Shown here: piece after piece, positions 55,175 to 64,000 of the stretch
Layout: every line of letters begins with the position of its first letter
Numbering within the stretch: the stretch's first letter is position 1
Source of the DNA: Verrucomicrobiales bacterium
GTDB lineage: Bacteria; Verrucomicrobiota; Verrucomicrobiia; Limisphaerales; SXTU01
Direction: 5' to 3'
Length of the DNA: 64,000 bases
NCBI GenBank assembly: GCA_005791875.1
Contig: SXTU01000249.1
Coordinates: forward strand, 380 to 64,379
Position numbers and translations under genes: made by a program
The notes under the pieces: generated by a model
Told to the model about the DNA's origin: nothing
Databases searched by the model: none
The model's input: only the letters and a program-made list of their open reading frames with translations

Positions 55175-56164
55175 TCAACCCTTCAGCCAGCCACAGACTT
55201 CCTTCGCGGAATACGTGATGATGATGTCTGCCCCGGCGCGGCGCATTCCCAGCAGGCTCTCCAGCGTGACCGCGCGCTCGTCAATCCAGCCCCGCGCCGC
55301 CGCCGCCTTGATCATGGAATACTCCCCGCTCACCGCGTAGGCCGCGGTCGGGTAGCCGAAGGTCGCCTTCACACGGTGCAGAATATCCAGATACGCCAGC
55401 GCGGGTTTCACCATCACCATGTACGCGCCCTCGGCAATGTCCAAGGCCACCTCACGCAAGGCTTCCTCGGCGTTGGCCGGGTTCATCTGGTAGCTGCGGC
55501 GGTCGCCGAACTGCGGGGCGGATTCCGCCGCCTCGCGGAACGGACCGTAGAAGGCGGATGCATACTTCGCGGCGTAGGCGAGGATCGGCGTGTCTGAAAA
55601 CCCGCCGGCGTCCAGCGCGCTCCGGATGGCGCGCACGCGTCCGTCCATCATGTCGCTCGGCGCGACGACATCCGCGCCGGCCTCCGCGTGGCTCACGGCG
55701 GTGCGGGCCAGCAGCTTGAGTGAGGGGTCGTTCAACACCTTGCCCGCTGCGCGATGCACAAGGCCGCAGTGACCGTGGCTCATGTATTCGCAAAGGCAGA
55801 CGTCCGTGATGACGAGCAGTCCGGGCAGTTCCTTCTTCAGCGCGCGGACGGCCTGCTGGACGATCCCGTTGCGCGCATAGGCACCCGACGCCTTCTCGTC
55901 CTTCGCGTCCGGGATGCCGAAGAGCAGCACCGCCGGCACGCCCGCGGCGTGGGCGGCGGCGGCGTCCTTCACCAACTCATCCACGCTCAACTGGAACACG
56001 CCGGGCATCGAGCCGATGGGCCGACGCTCCCGCTTACCGGGCCGCGCGAAGAGGGGCAGCACGAGCTGGTGCGCGCCCAACTGCGTCTCCGCCACCATGC
56101 GCCGCAGCACGGGAGATTGACGCAGGCGGCGCGGGCGGTAAGCGGGGAAGGACGGTTCGCTCAT
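55175..56164 (-). CDS. hemB: porphobilinogen synthase (delta-aminolevulinate dehydratase)
   Basis: 329 aa. [29 protein letters not shown] and [10 protein letters not shown] motifs. Confidence 0.93.
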   Translation of the reverse strand: MSEPSFPAYRPRRLRQSPVLRRMVAETQLGAHQLVLPLFARPGKRERRPIGSMPGVFQLSVDELVKDAAAAHAAGVPAVLLFGIPDAKDEKASGAYARNGIVQQAVRALKKELPGLLVITDVCLCEYMSHGHCGLVHRAAGKVLNDPSLKLLARTAVSHAEAGADVVAPSDMMDGRVRAIRSALDAGGFSDTPILAYAAKYASAFYGPFREAAESAPQFGDRRSYQMNPANAEEALREVALDIAEGAYMVMVKPALAYLDILHRVKATFGYPTAAYAVSGEYSMIKAAAARGWIDERAVTLESLLGMRRAGADIIITYSAKEVCGWLKG

Positions 56165-56189
56165 GGGAGATGACGTGCGGTTCCGGCGG

Positions 56190-57098
56190 TCAGCGCTGCG
56201 CCGAGACGGTCAGGTTCGTGTAGCCCTTCGCGTCGGGGTCGAGCACCGCGACGTTGAACGGAAACAGCTTGCGCGGATCGAGGACCATCCGCGTGTCGGA
56301 CACCTTGCCGAGCGAGGCACCCCCCTTGTCGAGCAACTCCGCCTCGACCTTCACGGAGAAGTAAGCCACGTCGGAGTGGTTGGTGACCATGCCACGGACA
56401 TACATCAGCGAAGTGCCGGGCTGCGTCTGCAACGAGTGGTTGAGAATCTCGACGCCGGTCTTCAAGGGCTTGCCGTCCTTGCCTGTCTTGGGCCGGACTT
56501 CCCAGTAGAGCTGCCCCCAGCGAACAGCGGCCACGGCGGCCAGCACCAGGATGAGACCAACGCCAACGCGGCGGAACCAGTTGGGCTTCGTCGGCTCGGC
56601 GACCTCGCTCATCACAGCCGTCCCGCAATCGGGGCAGAGGGTCGCGCCCCGGGGAAGCCTCACTCCGCAGAAGTCGCACCGCACCGGCTTGATGGCGGGT
56701 TGGTCATCCTCGCCGTCAACCCACTGCGCTTTGACCACGGCGGACTTTTTGTCCACCGGCTTGGAGCCTGGTTTCGCGGCTGTCGGGCGGGCGGCGGGAT
56801 TGGCAGCGCGTGCGGCGGCGAGGGCTGCCTGCTGCACGGGGGTAAGGGGCTTGGCAGCGGCGGGCTTTGCCTGCGCGGTGCCGGTGGGGCGGGCTGTGAG
56901 CGTGGCCTTGGGCGCGGGAGGTTCGGCGGGCGGTGCGGCAGGGGCCGCAGCAGGCGCGGGTCCGGCTGCGGTGGCGTTGAGCACGGTTTGCTGGCCGCAG
57001 TGCGGGCAGGTCACAGCCATGCCGCGCGCGCTGGAGGGGAAGGAGATGCGCCCGTTGCAATGGGCGCAGGGACTTTTCAGATACTGCTCTTGGCTCAT
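56190..57098 (-). CDS. double zinc-ribbon, single-pass membrane protein (DUF3426-like C-terminal domain)
   Basis: 302 aa. CAHCNG...CPHCG and CDFCG...CPDCG ribbons, Ala/Pro linker, one TM helix, C-terminal beta-sandwich-like domain. Confidence 0.7.
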   Translation of the reverse strand: MSQEQYLKSPCAHCNGRISFPSSARGMAVTCPHCGQQTVLNATAAGPAPAAAPAAPPAEPPAPKATLTARPTGTAQAKPAAAKPLTPVQQAALAAARAANPAARPTAAKPGSKPVDKKSAVVKAQWVDGEDDQPAIKPVRCDFCGVRLPRGATLCPDCGTAVMSEVAEPTKPNWFRRVGVGLILVLAAVAAVRWGQLYWEVRPKTGKDGKPLKTGVEILNHSLQTQPGTSLMYVRGMVTNHSDVAYFSVKVEAELLDKGGASLGKVSDTRMVLDPRKLFPFNVAVLDPDAKGYTNLTVSAQR

Positions 57099-57390
57099 GC
57101 GCGAAGCGTCCGCCCGTTGCTCAATCCGGCTGTGTCAAACGCCCGCGCAGTATCCGCGGCAGCCCGTCACATTCAATCAGAAAACCCTGTCCGAAGACGT
57201 GAACGGGTGTCAGGAGTGCCGGCCAGCCGGGGTGAACCGCCCGCCGACTCCCGCTCCTGAATACTACGCACACTTACTATGTCCATTAGGCCAGCCGGTC
57301 ACCTCGTCTGACCGGCCACTGTGAAACAGTCCGCAAAACTTGAACTTGTGCAGCCGTGTCGGGCCTCGTGCCCGGCGCGGCTTTCTGACA

Positions 57391-59478
57391 ATGAAAACCA
57401 CCATCACCCGTGCTCTCATCACACTCACCCTGGCCGGCAGCGTGGCTTTCCTCGCTGGCTGCCTTGAACAAACCCGCAAGGCCAGCCAGCCGCCGCCGGT
57501 CATCACGCCCGCCGCCGCGCCCGCGCGTGAGCCTGACGCCATCATCCGGCCTGACCCCGCCAGCGCGAACGTCTCCGCACCAGTCGCTGAAATCGCCCGC
57601 CTTCACCAGTCCGGCCTCGACGAGTCGGTTGTGAAAGCCTTCGTCGAGAAGTCCACCAACGCCCTCAGCCCCAGCGCCGACGAACTCATCTTCCTCAAGG
57701 ACATCGGCGTCTCTTCGCGCGTCATCACCGCGATGATCCAGCAGACTGCCAAGCTGCGCGAGCAAGCCGCAGCAGCAGTAACAGTTGCCCCAGTAGCTAC
57801 GCGGCCCAACATGACCGTCATCGCCGCCAACGCGAACCCGCCTGCCGCTCCCGCGCCGGCAGTAGCTGCCGCCCCGCAACCCGTGGCCGTTGCGCCCGCT
57901 CCCGCTCCCCAAGCCGCCGTGGCCCCAGCCCAACCCGCCCCAGTCGCGCAGCCCGCGCCCGCCAATCTCCCGCCGCAAGTCACGGTCTTCTACCAGCAGC
58001 TCCAGCCCTACGGCACCTGGATGCAAGTCGCCGATTACGGCTGGTGTTGGCAGCCAACCGTCGTCGTCTCCACGCCAACATGGCGGCCCTACGCCGACCG
58101 TGGCCGCTGGCTTCACACGGACAACGGCTGGTATTGGCAGTCCGACTACGCATGGGGTTGGGCGCCGTTCCACTACGGGCGCTGGGTCTTGCACACGCGC
58201 AGCGGCTGGCTCTGGGTGCCCGACACGCACTGGGGTCCGGCGTGGGTCGTGTGGCGTTCGTCCACCACGCATTGCGGCTGGGCACCGTTGCCGCCGAGCG
58301 CGGTATTCGTTGCCGGGAGCGGCCTGCGCGTTGGCGGCGTGAGCGTGGGGTTCAACTTCGACTTCGGCCTGGCGCGCCACCACTACACCTTCATTCCCTT
58401 CACGCGCTTCTGTGACCGCAACCCGCACTATTACTCGCTCGCTCCGACCGTCGTGCAAAACGTCTTCAACCAGACCACCGTCATCAACAACATCCAGGTC
58501 AACAACAACATCGTGGTGAACGGCGGGATTGCCGCTGACCGCATCGCCAGCCTGACCCGCACAGAAATCCGCAAGGTCTCCGTGCGCGAGGCTGCGCCGC
58601 AGGAACAGTCCCTCTCCCGCCTCGACAAGCTGGAAAAATCCGGCAACGACATCGTCATCTACCGCCCTGTGCTGAACCCGAACGCGCCCGTCAAGCCCGT
58701 GACCCTCACGAGCAGCACCGGCGCGACGCGCACCGAGCTTGTCCCAGCTGGCGCGCTGGCTGGCCAGAAGATTACGGGCCGCCCGGTCTATGACACCACC
58801 AGCACGGGCGTCCCCGTCCTCACCGGCTACACCACCGAGCCGCCGGCCCGGCCCGCCAGCGCAAACGTCGTTGTCATCAACAACACGATCACCACCACCA
58901 CGCCGCCCGCGCCGACACCGGCAACTCCGACCGCGAGCGACACCACCCAGCCGAACCGCGCCGTGCGGGTCTTTGGCATCAGCCCCAACAACACGGCGGC
59001 CAAGCGCGCCGAGGAAAGTGCTGCCCGGCAATCCACCGTCATCATCCCCAACCCGGCGAACAACTCGCTCTTCCGCCCGATGACACCTCCTCAGCCCGTG
59101 ACCAGCACGCCGCAAATCCTGACGCCGCCCACGCCCGTCAGCACCAGTCCGGCCGTCTCCGCACGCCGCGAAGTCACCAAGCCCCAACCCTACCAGCCCG
59201 CTCCCGCGCCCAGCCCGGCGAAGGTCTCGGTCCAGCCCTCGCCTGCGCCACCTGCGCCGCACGCGCCCGTCGCGTCTCCCCGTCCCACCGCGCCCGCCTA
59301 CACACCGGCTCCCACGACGCCGAGCTACCAGTCCGCTGCGCCGAGACCCACGGTCGCCATCCCGGTCCCGGTTGCTGCTCGGCCCACCGTCATCATCAAC
59401 CCGCCGCCGCAACCCTCCTCCGCCCCCACCTCCAGCCCGTCCTCGCCCTCGAAGAACGAACAGGAAAAGCGAAAGTGA
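57391..59478 (+). CDS. Trp-rich (DUF6600-like) proline-rich lipoprotein
   Basis: Start MKTTITRALITLTLAGSVAFLAGC (ATG 57391, lipobox). Core YGTWMQVADYGWCWQP...WYWQSDYAWGWAPFHYGRW...WLWVPDTHWGPAWVVW. Long Pro/Thr/Ala tail. Confidence 0.75.
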   Translation: MKTTITRALITLTLAGSVAFLAGCLEQTRKASQPPPVITPAAAPAREPDAIIRPDPASANVSAPVAEIARLHQSGLDESVVKAFVEKSTNALSPSADELIFLKDIGVSSRVITAMIQQTAKLREQAAAAVTVAPVATRPNMTVIAANANPPAAPAPAVAAAPQPVAVAPAPAPQAAVAPAQPAPVAQPAPANLPPQVTVFYQQLQPYGTWMQVADYGWCWQPTVVVSTPTWRPYADRGRWLHTDNGWYWQSDYAWGWAPFHYGRWVLHTRSGWLWVPDTHWGPAWVVWRSSTTHCGWAPLPPSAVFVAGSGLRVGGVSVGFNFDFGLARHHYTFIPFTRFCDRNPHYYSLAPTVVQNVFNQTTVINNIQVNNNIVVNGGIAADRIASLTRTEIRKVSVREAAPQEQSLSRLDKLEKSGNDIVIYRPVLNPNAPVKPVTLTSSTGATRTELVPAGALAGQKITGRPVYDTTSTGVPVLTGYTTEPPARPASANVVVINNTITTTTPPAPTPATPTASDTTQPNRAVRVFGISPNNTAAKRAEESAARQSTVIIPNPANNSLFRPMTPPQPVTSTPQILTPPTPVSTSPAVSARREVTKPQPYQPAPAPSPAKVSVQPSPAPPAPHAPVASPRPTAPAYTPAPTTPSYQSAAPRPTVAIPVPVAARPTVIINPPPQPSSAPTSSPSSPSKNEQEKRK

Positions 59479-59502
59479 CCGGCCCGCCGGTGCTGCGCGT
59501 TT

Positions 59503-59550
59503 TCCTCCCTCTCCCTTCATCGGATGAGGGGAGAGGGCCGGGGTGAGGGG
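59503..59550. repeat. REP family A copy (reverse orientation), intergenic
   Basis: tcctccctctcccttcatcggatgaggggagagggccggggtgagggg. Confidence 0.85.
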
Positions 59551-59575
59551 TTGCGGGCGTCGGCGCAAGCGGCTT

Positions 59576-59630
59576 CACCCCTCATCCGGCCTTCGGCCAC
59601 CTTCTCCCCTCCGCCGAGGACGGGAGAAGG
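59576..59630. repeat. REP family B
   Basis: cacccctcatccggccttcggccaccttctcccctccgccgaggacgggagaagg. Confidence 0.85.
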
Positions 59631-59741
59631 CTGGTTTCGCGGCCCCTTGTTTCAGTCCGCTGGCGTTGCCTCGGAACCAGATGACTTCGGCGCTTGAACC
59701 GCGCTTCGCCCTGCGGTTCACTGCGGTTGGAATTCACCGCC

Positions 59742-60773
59742 ATGCGCCTGCTCGACGCCATCCTCGACGCCAACCAGCGCACCACCGCCGGCAAGGCCCC
59801 GCCGCTCGCGCCCGGCGAGTTCACCGACGGGCTGCCGCTCGTCGCGCTCTCGTGCATTGACGCGCGGCTCAACCACCTCATCCCCGAGGCGCTCGGCGTG
59901 CCGGAGTCGCACTTCATCTGGCTGCGCAACGCCGGCAACATCATCACCGGCCCCATGAGCAGCACCATGCGTTCGCTCGCGCTGGCCTGCGCCGTGAAGG
60001 GCGGGAAGGAAATCCTGATCCTCGGCCACAGCGATTGTCTGGTGCGGAAGACCGGAACGATGGAGTTGCTCGGCAAGTTCGCCGCGCTCGGCATCGCGCG
60101 CTTAACCATGCCGGAGAACTTGCAGGAATTCTTCGGCCTCTTCGCCAGCGAGCGGCAGAACGTGCTCAAGGCCGTCGCGCACGTCCGTGCCAGCGCGCTC
60201 ATCGGTCCGCGCGTCCCCGTCCACGGCGCGCTGCTGGACATCGAGTCCGGCCGGCTCGAGCTGCTCGTCAACGGATATGCCGTCCTCGACACCGCGACCT
60301 CCGCCGCACACTCCGTCACGGCGAAGGCGAGTGAGGCCACGTCCTCTCACGCACCGGCCCGCCCGGCGTCCGATTCCAAGGCCGGGCCGCCTTTGGGCGA
60401 CATGAAGTTTCCTGACCTGAAGATCGGCGAGGTGGCGTCGCGCGTCGAAGTCGAAGTCGGCCACGCCGAGACGCCGAAACCAGTGGCGGAGAGACTTCAA
60501 CTGGCTCAATCCTCCGCGTCCGCGAAGCCGCCGCCCGTTCCTGCCGACGCCACCCCGAGCCTCAAGCGTCTCGTGGACCTCGCGCGCCACTACCGCATCA
60601 TCGGCGGCGACGGCAAGCACTACGGCCCCGTGCCCGCGACGGTGCTGCTGCGCTGGATCACCGATGGCCGCATTGACGCCGAGACCCCCGTGCAAGTGGA
60701 CGGCAGCAGCGCGTGGGTGAAGCTCCACCAGCTCGGCGACGCCTTGCAACGTCTCACCGGAAAGCGGAAGTAG
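59742..60773 (+). CDS. beta-class carbonic-anhydrase-like domain fused to C-terminal GYF_2 (DUF4339) domain
   Basis: Start MRLLDAILDAN (ATG 59742). Zn-ligand motifs SCIDAR and GHSDC. Low-complexity linker. C-terminal YRIIGGDGKHYGPVPATVLLRWITDGRIDAETPVQVDGSSAWVKL. Confidence 0.75.
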   Translation: MRLLDAILDANQRTTAGKAPPLAPGEFTDGLPLVALSCIDARLNHLIPEALGVPESHFIWLRNAGNIITGPMSSTMRSLALACAVKGGKEILILGHSDCLVRKTGTMELLGKFAALGIARLTMPENLQEFFGLFASERQNVLKAVAHVRASALIGPRVPVHGALLDIESGRLELLVNGYAVLDTATSAAHSVTAKASEATSSHAPARPASDSKAGPPLGDMKFPDLKIGEVASRVEVEVGHAETPKPVAERLQLAQSSASAKPPPVPADATPSLKRLVDLARHYRIIGGDGKHYGPVPATVLLRWITDGRIDAETPVQVDGSSAWVKLHQLGDALQRLTGKRK

Positions 60774-60824
60774 GCGCGCAACGGAGCGAGAGCAAGGATC
60801 CAAAGCAGGCCCTGACTGAACGGC

Positions 60825-63665
60825 TCACACCCCCTGCTGGCCCGCGCCGTCGTGGCCTTCGCCGTCGAGGTCTATGAGGATGTCGCGCGGCTCGGCACCC
60901 TTGCTGGGGCCGACGTAGCCGCGCTCTTCGAGCACGTCCATGATGCGGGCGGCGCGGCCGTAGCCAATCTTCAGGCGGCGTTGCAGGAGTGAGACGCTGG
61001 CCTTCTGCTCGCTGCGAATGACCTCGATGCACTGCTCGATGAGTTCCTCGTCCTCGCCCTCGCCTTCCTCGGCGTCGAAGGCCTGGGCAACGGTGCCAGT
61101 CGCCTTTTGCAGGGCGTTGTGAATCTCCATCTCGTAGCTGGGCTTGCCCTGCTTGGCGATGAAGTCCACGCACTGGTTGATTTCCTCGTCCGTGATGAGC
61201 ACGCCTTGCGCGCGGGTGAGCTTCGCGGAGCCGGGCGGCAGGTAGAGCATGTCGCCCTTGCCCAGCAGCTTGTCCGCGCCCATCGCGTCGAGAATGGTGC
61301 GTGAGTCCACCTTGCTGGCGACTTGGAAGGCGATGCGCGCCGGGATGTTCGCCTTGATGACGCCGGTGATGACGTCCACGGAAGGCCGCTGCGTGGCGAC
61401 GATGCAATGGATGCCCGCTGCCCGCGCCATCTGCGTGATGCGCGCGATGCACATCTCCACGTCGGCGGGAGCCACGAGCATGAGGTCGGCAAGCTCGTCA
61501 ATGATGCAGACGATGTAACTGAGCTTCTCGGGGATGATGATGTCCTCGTCGCGCGGCACGACGATCTGCTCGTCAATCTGCACGGCGAACCCGTCCGCGC
61601 CCGCCTCGACCTTCTCTTTCTTCACGGACAATGGAAGCTCCAGTTCGGCTGGCGGCAAGGGCTTGTCCTTCGGCCGGTCGTTGAAGGATTTGATGTTGCG
61701 CACGCCGACGCGGGCGAAGATCTGGTAGCGCTTCTCCATCTCGTTCACCACCCAGCGCAGCGCGAGGATGACCTTCTTCGGGTCGGTGACGACGGGGACG
61801 ACAAGGTGCGGGAGCGAGTTGTATTGCTGCAGCTCGACGACCTTGGGGTCAATCATCACGAAGCGGAGCTGGTCGGGCGAAAACTTGTAGAGCAGCGACG
61901 CGACGATGGAGTTGATGCAGACGGATTTGCCGGAGCCGGTGCTGCCGGCGATGAGGATGTGCGGCATGTCCGCGAGGTCGGAGATGACGGGGACCCCATA
62001 AACGTCCTTGCCCAGCGCGAGCGGGATGCGGGCCTTCGTGTTCTTCCATTCATCGGACTCGAGAAGGTCGCGCATGATGACCTTGGTCTTCACGCGGTTG
62101 GGCACCTCGACGCCAACGGAGGACTTGCCCGGCACGGGCGCGAGGATGTTGATGCGCTCGGCCTTGAGCGCGGCGGCGATGTTGTTGTTGAGCGCGGTGA
62201 TCTTCTCGAGCTTCACGCCGGGCGCGGGGTGCAGCTCGTAGCGTGTTATGGTCGGGCCTTTGGTGATGTCGCCCAGCGCCACCTCGATGTCGAACTGCGC
62301 GAGCGTGTTCTTCATCAACTGCGCGTTGGCCATCAGCTCCTCCTTCGTCTCCGTGGGCTTCACGGTCATGTCCGCGTGCTGGAGGAAATCCATCGGCGGG
62401 AGCTGGTAGTTGCCGATGAGCGGCACGCTCGCGACGGTCACGGGCTTGGGCTTCTTGGGCTGCGGGCGCGGGCGCGGGCGCGGACCGGAGCCGCTGTTGT
62501 CGGTGATGGTGGGAAGCGGGGGGGCGTCGGTGGGCTTCGCAATTTCGTCGAGCTTCGGCGGCTCGGCGACGGCTGCGGCCAACGCGTCGGCGACGTGGAC
62601 GAGCGGTTCGCCGGCGGCGATTGGCTCGGACGTTTTCTGAACCTCCGGCGGCTTCTCGCTCTTGGCGGGCTTCTCGGTCTTCTTCGCCAGCACGCTGTCC
62701 TTGCCGAGAATATCCGCCGTCGTGGCCGCGGCGACTTCGTCGGCCTTGATGATGATCGTGTCGTCGGCGGGCTTGGCGGTCTCGCCGGGGCTCCAATCCT
62801 CGGCGGCCTCGACCTTTTCCTTGCGCTTGGCCTTCGCGGTGAGATCGGCGGGCCGGGCCTGCGGAACGCTGAGATCGCGGATGAGCGGCGTAGGAATGGG
62901 CTTTCCATCCGCGCCGAGGTCGGGGCCGGACTTGACCGGGGCGGCCGTCGGCTCGGCCTTGGCGGCCTTGGTCCGGCTGGCCTTTTCGACTTCGTCCTGC
63001 AAGCGCCGCGCTTCCTGCTCCAGCTCCTTCGCACGCCGCTCCAGCGCGAGTTCCTCGGCGGTCGCGTCGGCGATGCTCACGGCGGAATTATCGCCGCGCA
63101 GGAACAGGCTGCGCGCCCAGTCGAGCAAGGCGTTGTTGGTCAGGTAGTGCAGGCCGATGAGGTAAAGCGTGAGGAAGACGATCGTCGCGCCCGCCGTTCC
63201 GAGGAAATGTTTGAAGAGATACTGGTTCAGCCAGTGGCCGACTGAGCCGCCAGCCCACGGGGCATTGATGTTGCTGATCACGCGCGAGAAAGCGGACGGA
63301 AACAGGTCGAAGAGGCCGACCATGCACAGCAGGAGCGCCAGGCACCAAGCCCACCGGCGACGCAGGTGCTGGAGGAACTCAATGAACGGCATCATGCCGA
63401 GCAGGACGAGGAGGGGCGGCAGGAGGTAAGCACCGGCACCGAAGGCGAAGAAGCCGATGTTGGCGACGTTTGCCCCAAGCCGTCCGATGAGGTTGTGGAT
63501 TTCCGGGTTCGGCTCGGCGGTGTTGATGGCCACGTCATTCTTGTCGAACGAGAACTGCGCCAACAGCAGCAGCACAGCGGCTGCGAGCAGCACGAGGCCG
63601 AGGATTCCCCCCTCGCCGCGCACGGGCGGCTGCTCCTTGTCGTTTGCGTTATCCTTACGGGCCAC
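60825..63665 (-). CDS. ftsK: DNA translocase FtsK
   Basis: 946 aa. N-terminal TM helices, Pro/Lys/Ala linker, Walker A IAGSTGSGKS, C-terminal gamma wHTH SVSLLQRRLKIGYGRAARIMDVLEERG. Confidence 0.93.
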   Translation of the reverse strand: MARKDNANDKEQPPVRGEGGILGLVLLAAAVLLLLAQFSFDKNDVAINTAEPNPEIHNLIGRLGANVANIGFFAFGAGAYLLPPLLVLLGMMPFIEFLQHLRRRWAWCLALLLCMVGLFDLFPSAFSRVISNINAPWAGGSVGHWLNQYLFKHFLGTAGATIVFLTLYLIGLHYLTNNALLDWARSLFLRGDNSAVSIADATAEELALERRAKELEQEARRLQDEVEKASRTKAAKAEPTAAPVKSGPDLGADGKPIPTPLIRDLSVPQARPADLTAKAKRKEKVEAAEDWSPGETAKPADDTIIIKADEVAAATTADILGKDSVLAKKTEKPAKSEKPPEVQKTSEPIAAGEPLVHVADALAAAVAEPPKLDEIAKPTDAPPLPTITDNSGSGPRPRPRPQPKKPKPVTVASVPLIGNYQLPPMDFLQHADMTVKPTETKEELMANAQLMKNTLAQFDIEVALGDITKGPTITRYELHPAPGVKLEKITALNNNIAAALKAERINILAPVPGKSSVGVEVPNRVKTKVIMRDLLESDEWKNTKARIPLALGKDVYGVPVISDLADMPHILIAGSTGSGKSVCINSIVASLLYKFSPDQLRFVMIDPKVVELQQYNSLPHLVVPVVTDPKKVILALRWVVNEMEKRYQIFARVGVRNIKSFNDRPKDKPLPPAELELPLSVKKEKVEAGADGFAVQIDEQIVVPRDEDIIIPEKLSYIVCIIDELADLMLVAPADVEMCIARITQMARAAGIHCIVATQRPSVDVITGVIKANIPARIAFQVASKVDSRTILDAMGADKLLGKGDMLYLPPGSAKLTRAQGVLITDEEINQCVDFIAKQGKPSYEMEIHNALQKATGTVAQAFDAEEGEGEDEELIEQCIEVIRSEQKASVSLLQRRLKIGYGRAARIMDVLEERGYVGPSKGAEPRDILIDLDGEGHDGAGQQGV

Positions 63666-63815
63666 AGGCGGAGACTAGGGAAGCGCAGCGGGAAATGAAA
63701 AAGGAAAAACGCGGTGGCGGATGTTGGGAGCGCAGATGGGCCGCGTTGAAGGCTATCGTCTGGCGGAAATTCTCTTGATAAGCGACTGGTTGACCAACCT
63801 TAACTACACCTCACT

Positions 63816-64000
63816 ATGGCAACCTACTCAAACATGACGCTGCGTATCCGTGCAGGAGCCGCTTACTTTGAGGACTCTTCATCATCCACGGGGTGGAAGC
63901 CGGCCAATGATCGGGTTCCTGTGCCAACGAACAAACGAGTCATGGCCGGCGACGGCAGCTCAATCGAACTGCTTACCGGATCGGTGACAGTGGTCTCCGT
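63816..64000 (+). CDS. 5' part of an ORF of unknown function running off the window
   Basis: My own translation from ATG 63816: MATYSNMTLRIRAGAAYFEDSSSSTGWKPANDRVPVPTNKRVMAGDGSSIELLTGSVTVVS..., open to the window end. Lower GC than its surroundings. Not in the supplied ORF track. Confidence 0.3.
   Translation, partial: MATYSNMTLRIRAGAAYFEDSSSSTGWKPANDRVPVPTNKRVMAGDGSSIELLTGSVTVVS

Overview
High-GC (about 65% by eye) chromosomal segment that looks like a PVC-superphylum genome, most likely Verrucomicrobiota. The supporting gene content is a PVC-type dehydrogenase/HEAT/cytochrome c protein, DUF1501, an H-X9-DG prepilin-like protein, many Tat-exported TIM-barrel/PmoA-like proteins and a sulfatase. 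About 50 genes are dense on both strands and mostly housekeeping: yacG, plsC, cmk, aroA, glnD, trpC, prfB, pgi, lpxB, plsY, gpsA, thrH, purL, hemB, ftsK. I saw no rRNA, tRNA, CRISPR array, transposase, integrase or recognisable defence island, and I found no self-contained novel multi-gene system. The unusual content is non-genic or sub-genic. (1) At least eight short palindromic repeat (REP-like) families fill nearly every intergenic gap; some sit in frame inside CDSs and some supply the stop codons of flanking genes. (2) A family of hairpins and tandem arrays is built from 7-nt units, each locus using a different heptamer, and several arrays lie in frame inside essential genes. (3) A small lower-GC islet encodes a GYF_2 plus C4C4 RING-like protein. 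(4) A beta-carbonic-anhydrase-GYF_2 fusion is present. (5) aroA carries a compositionally odd mosaic segment. (6) prfB has the classic +1 programmed frameshift. All family names come from motif recognition by eye, not from database searches.
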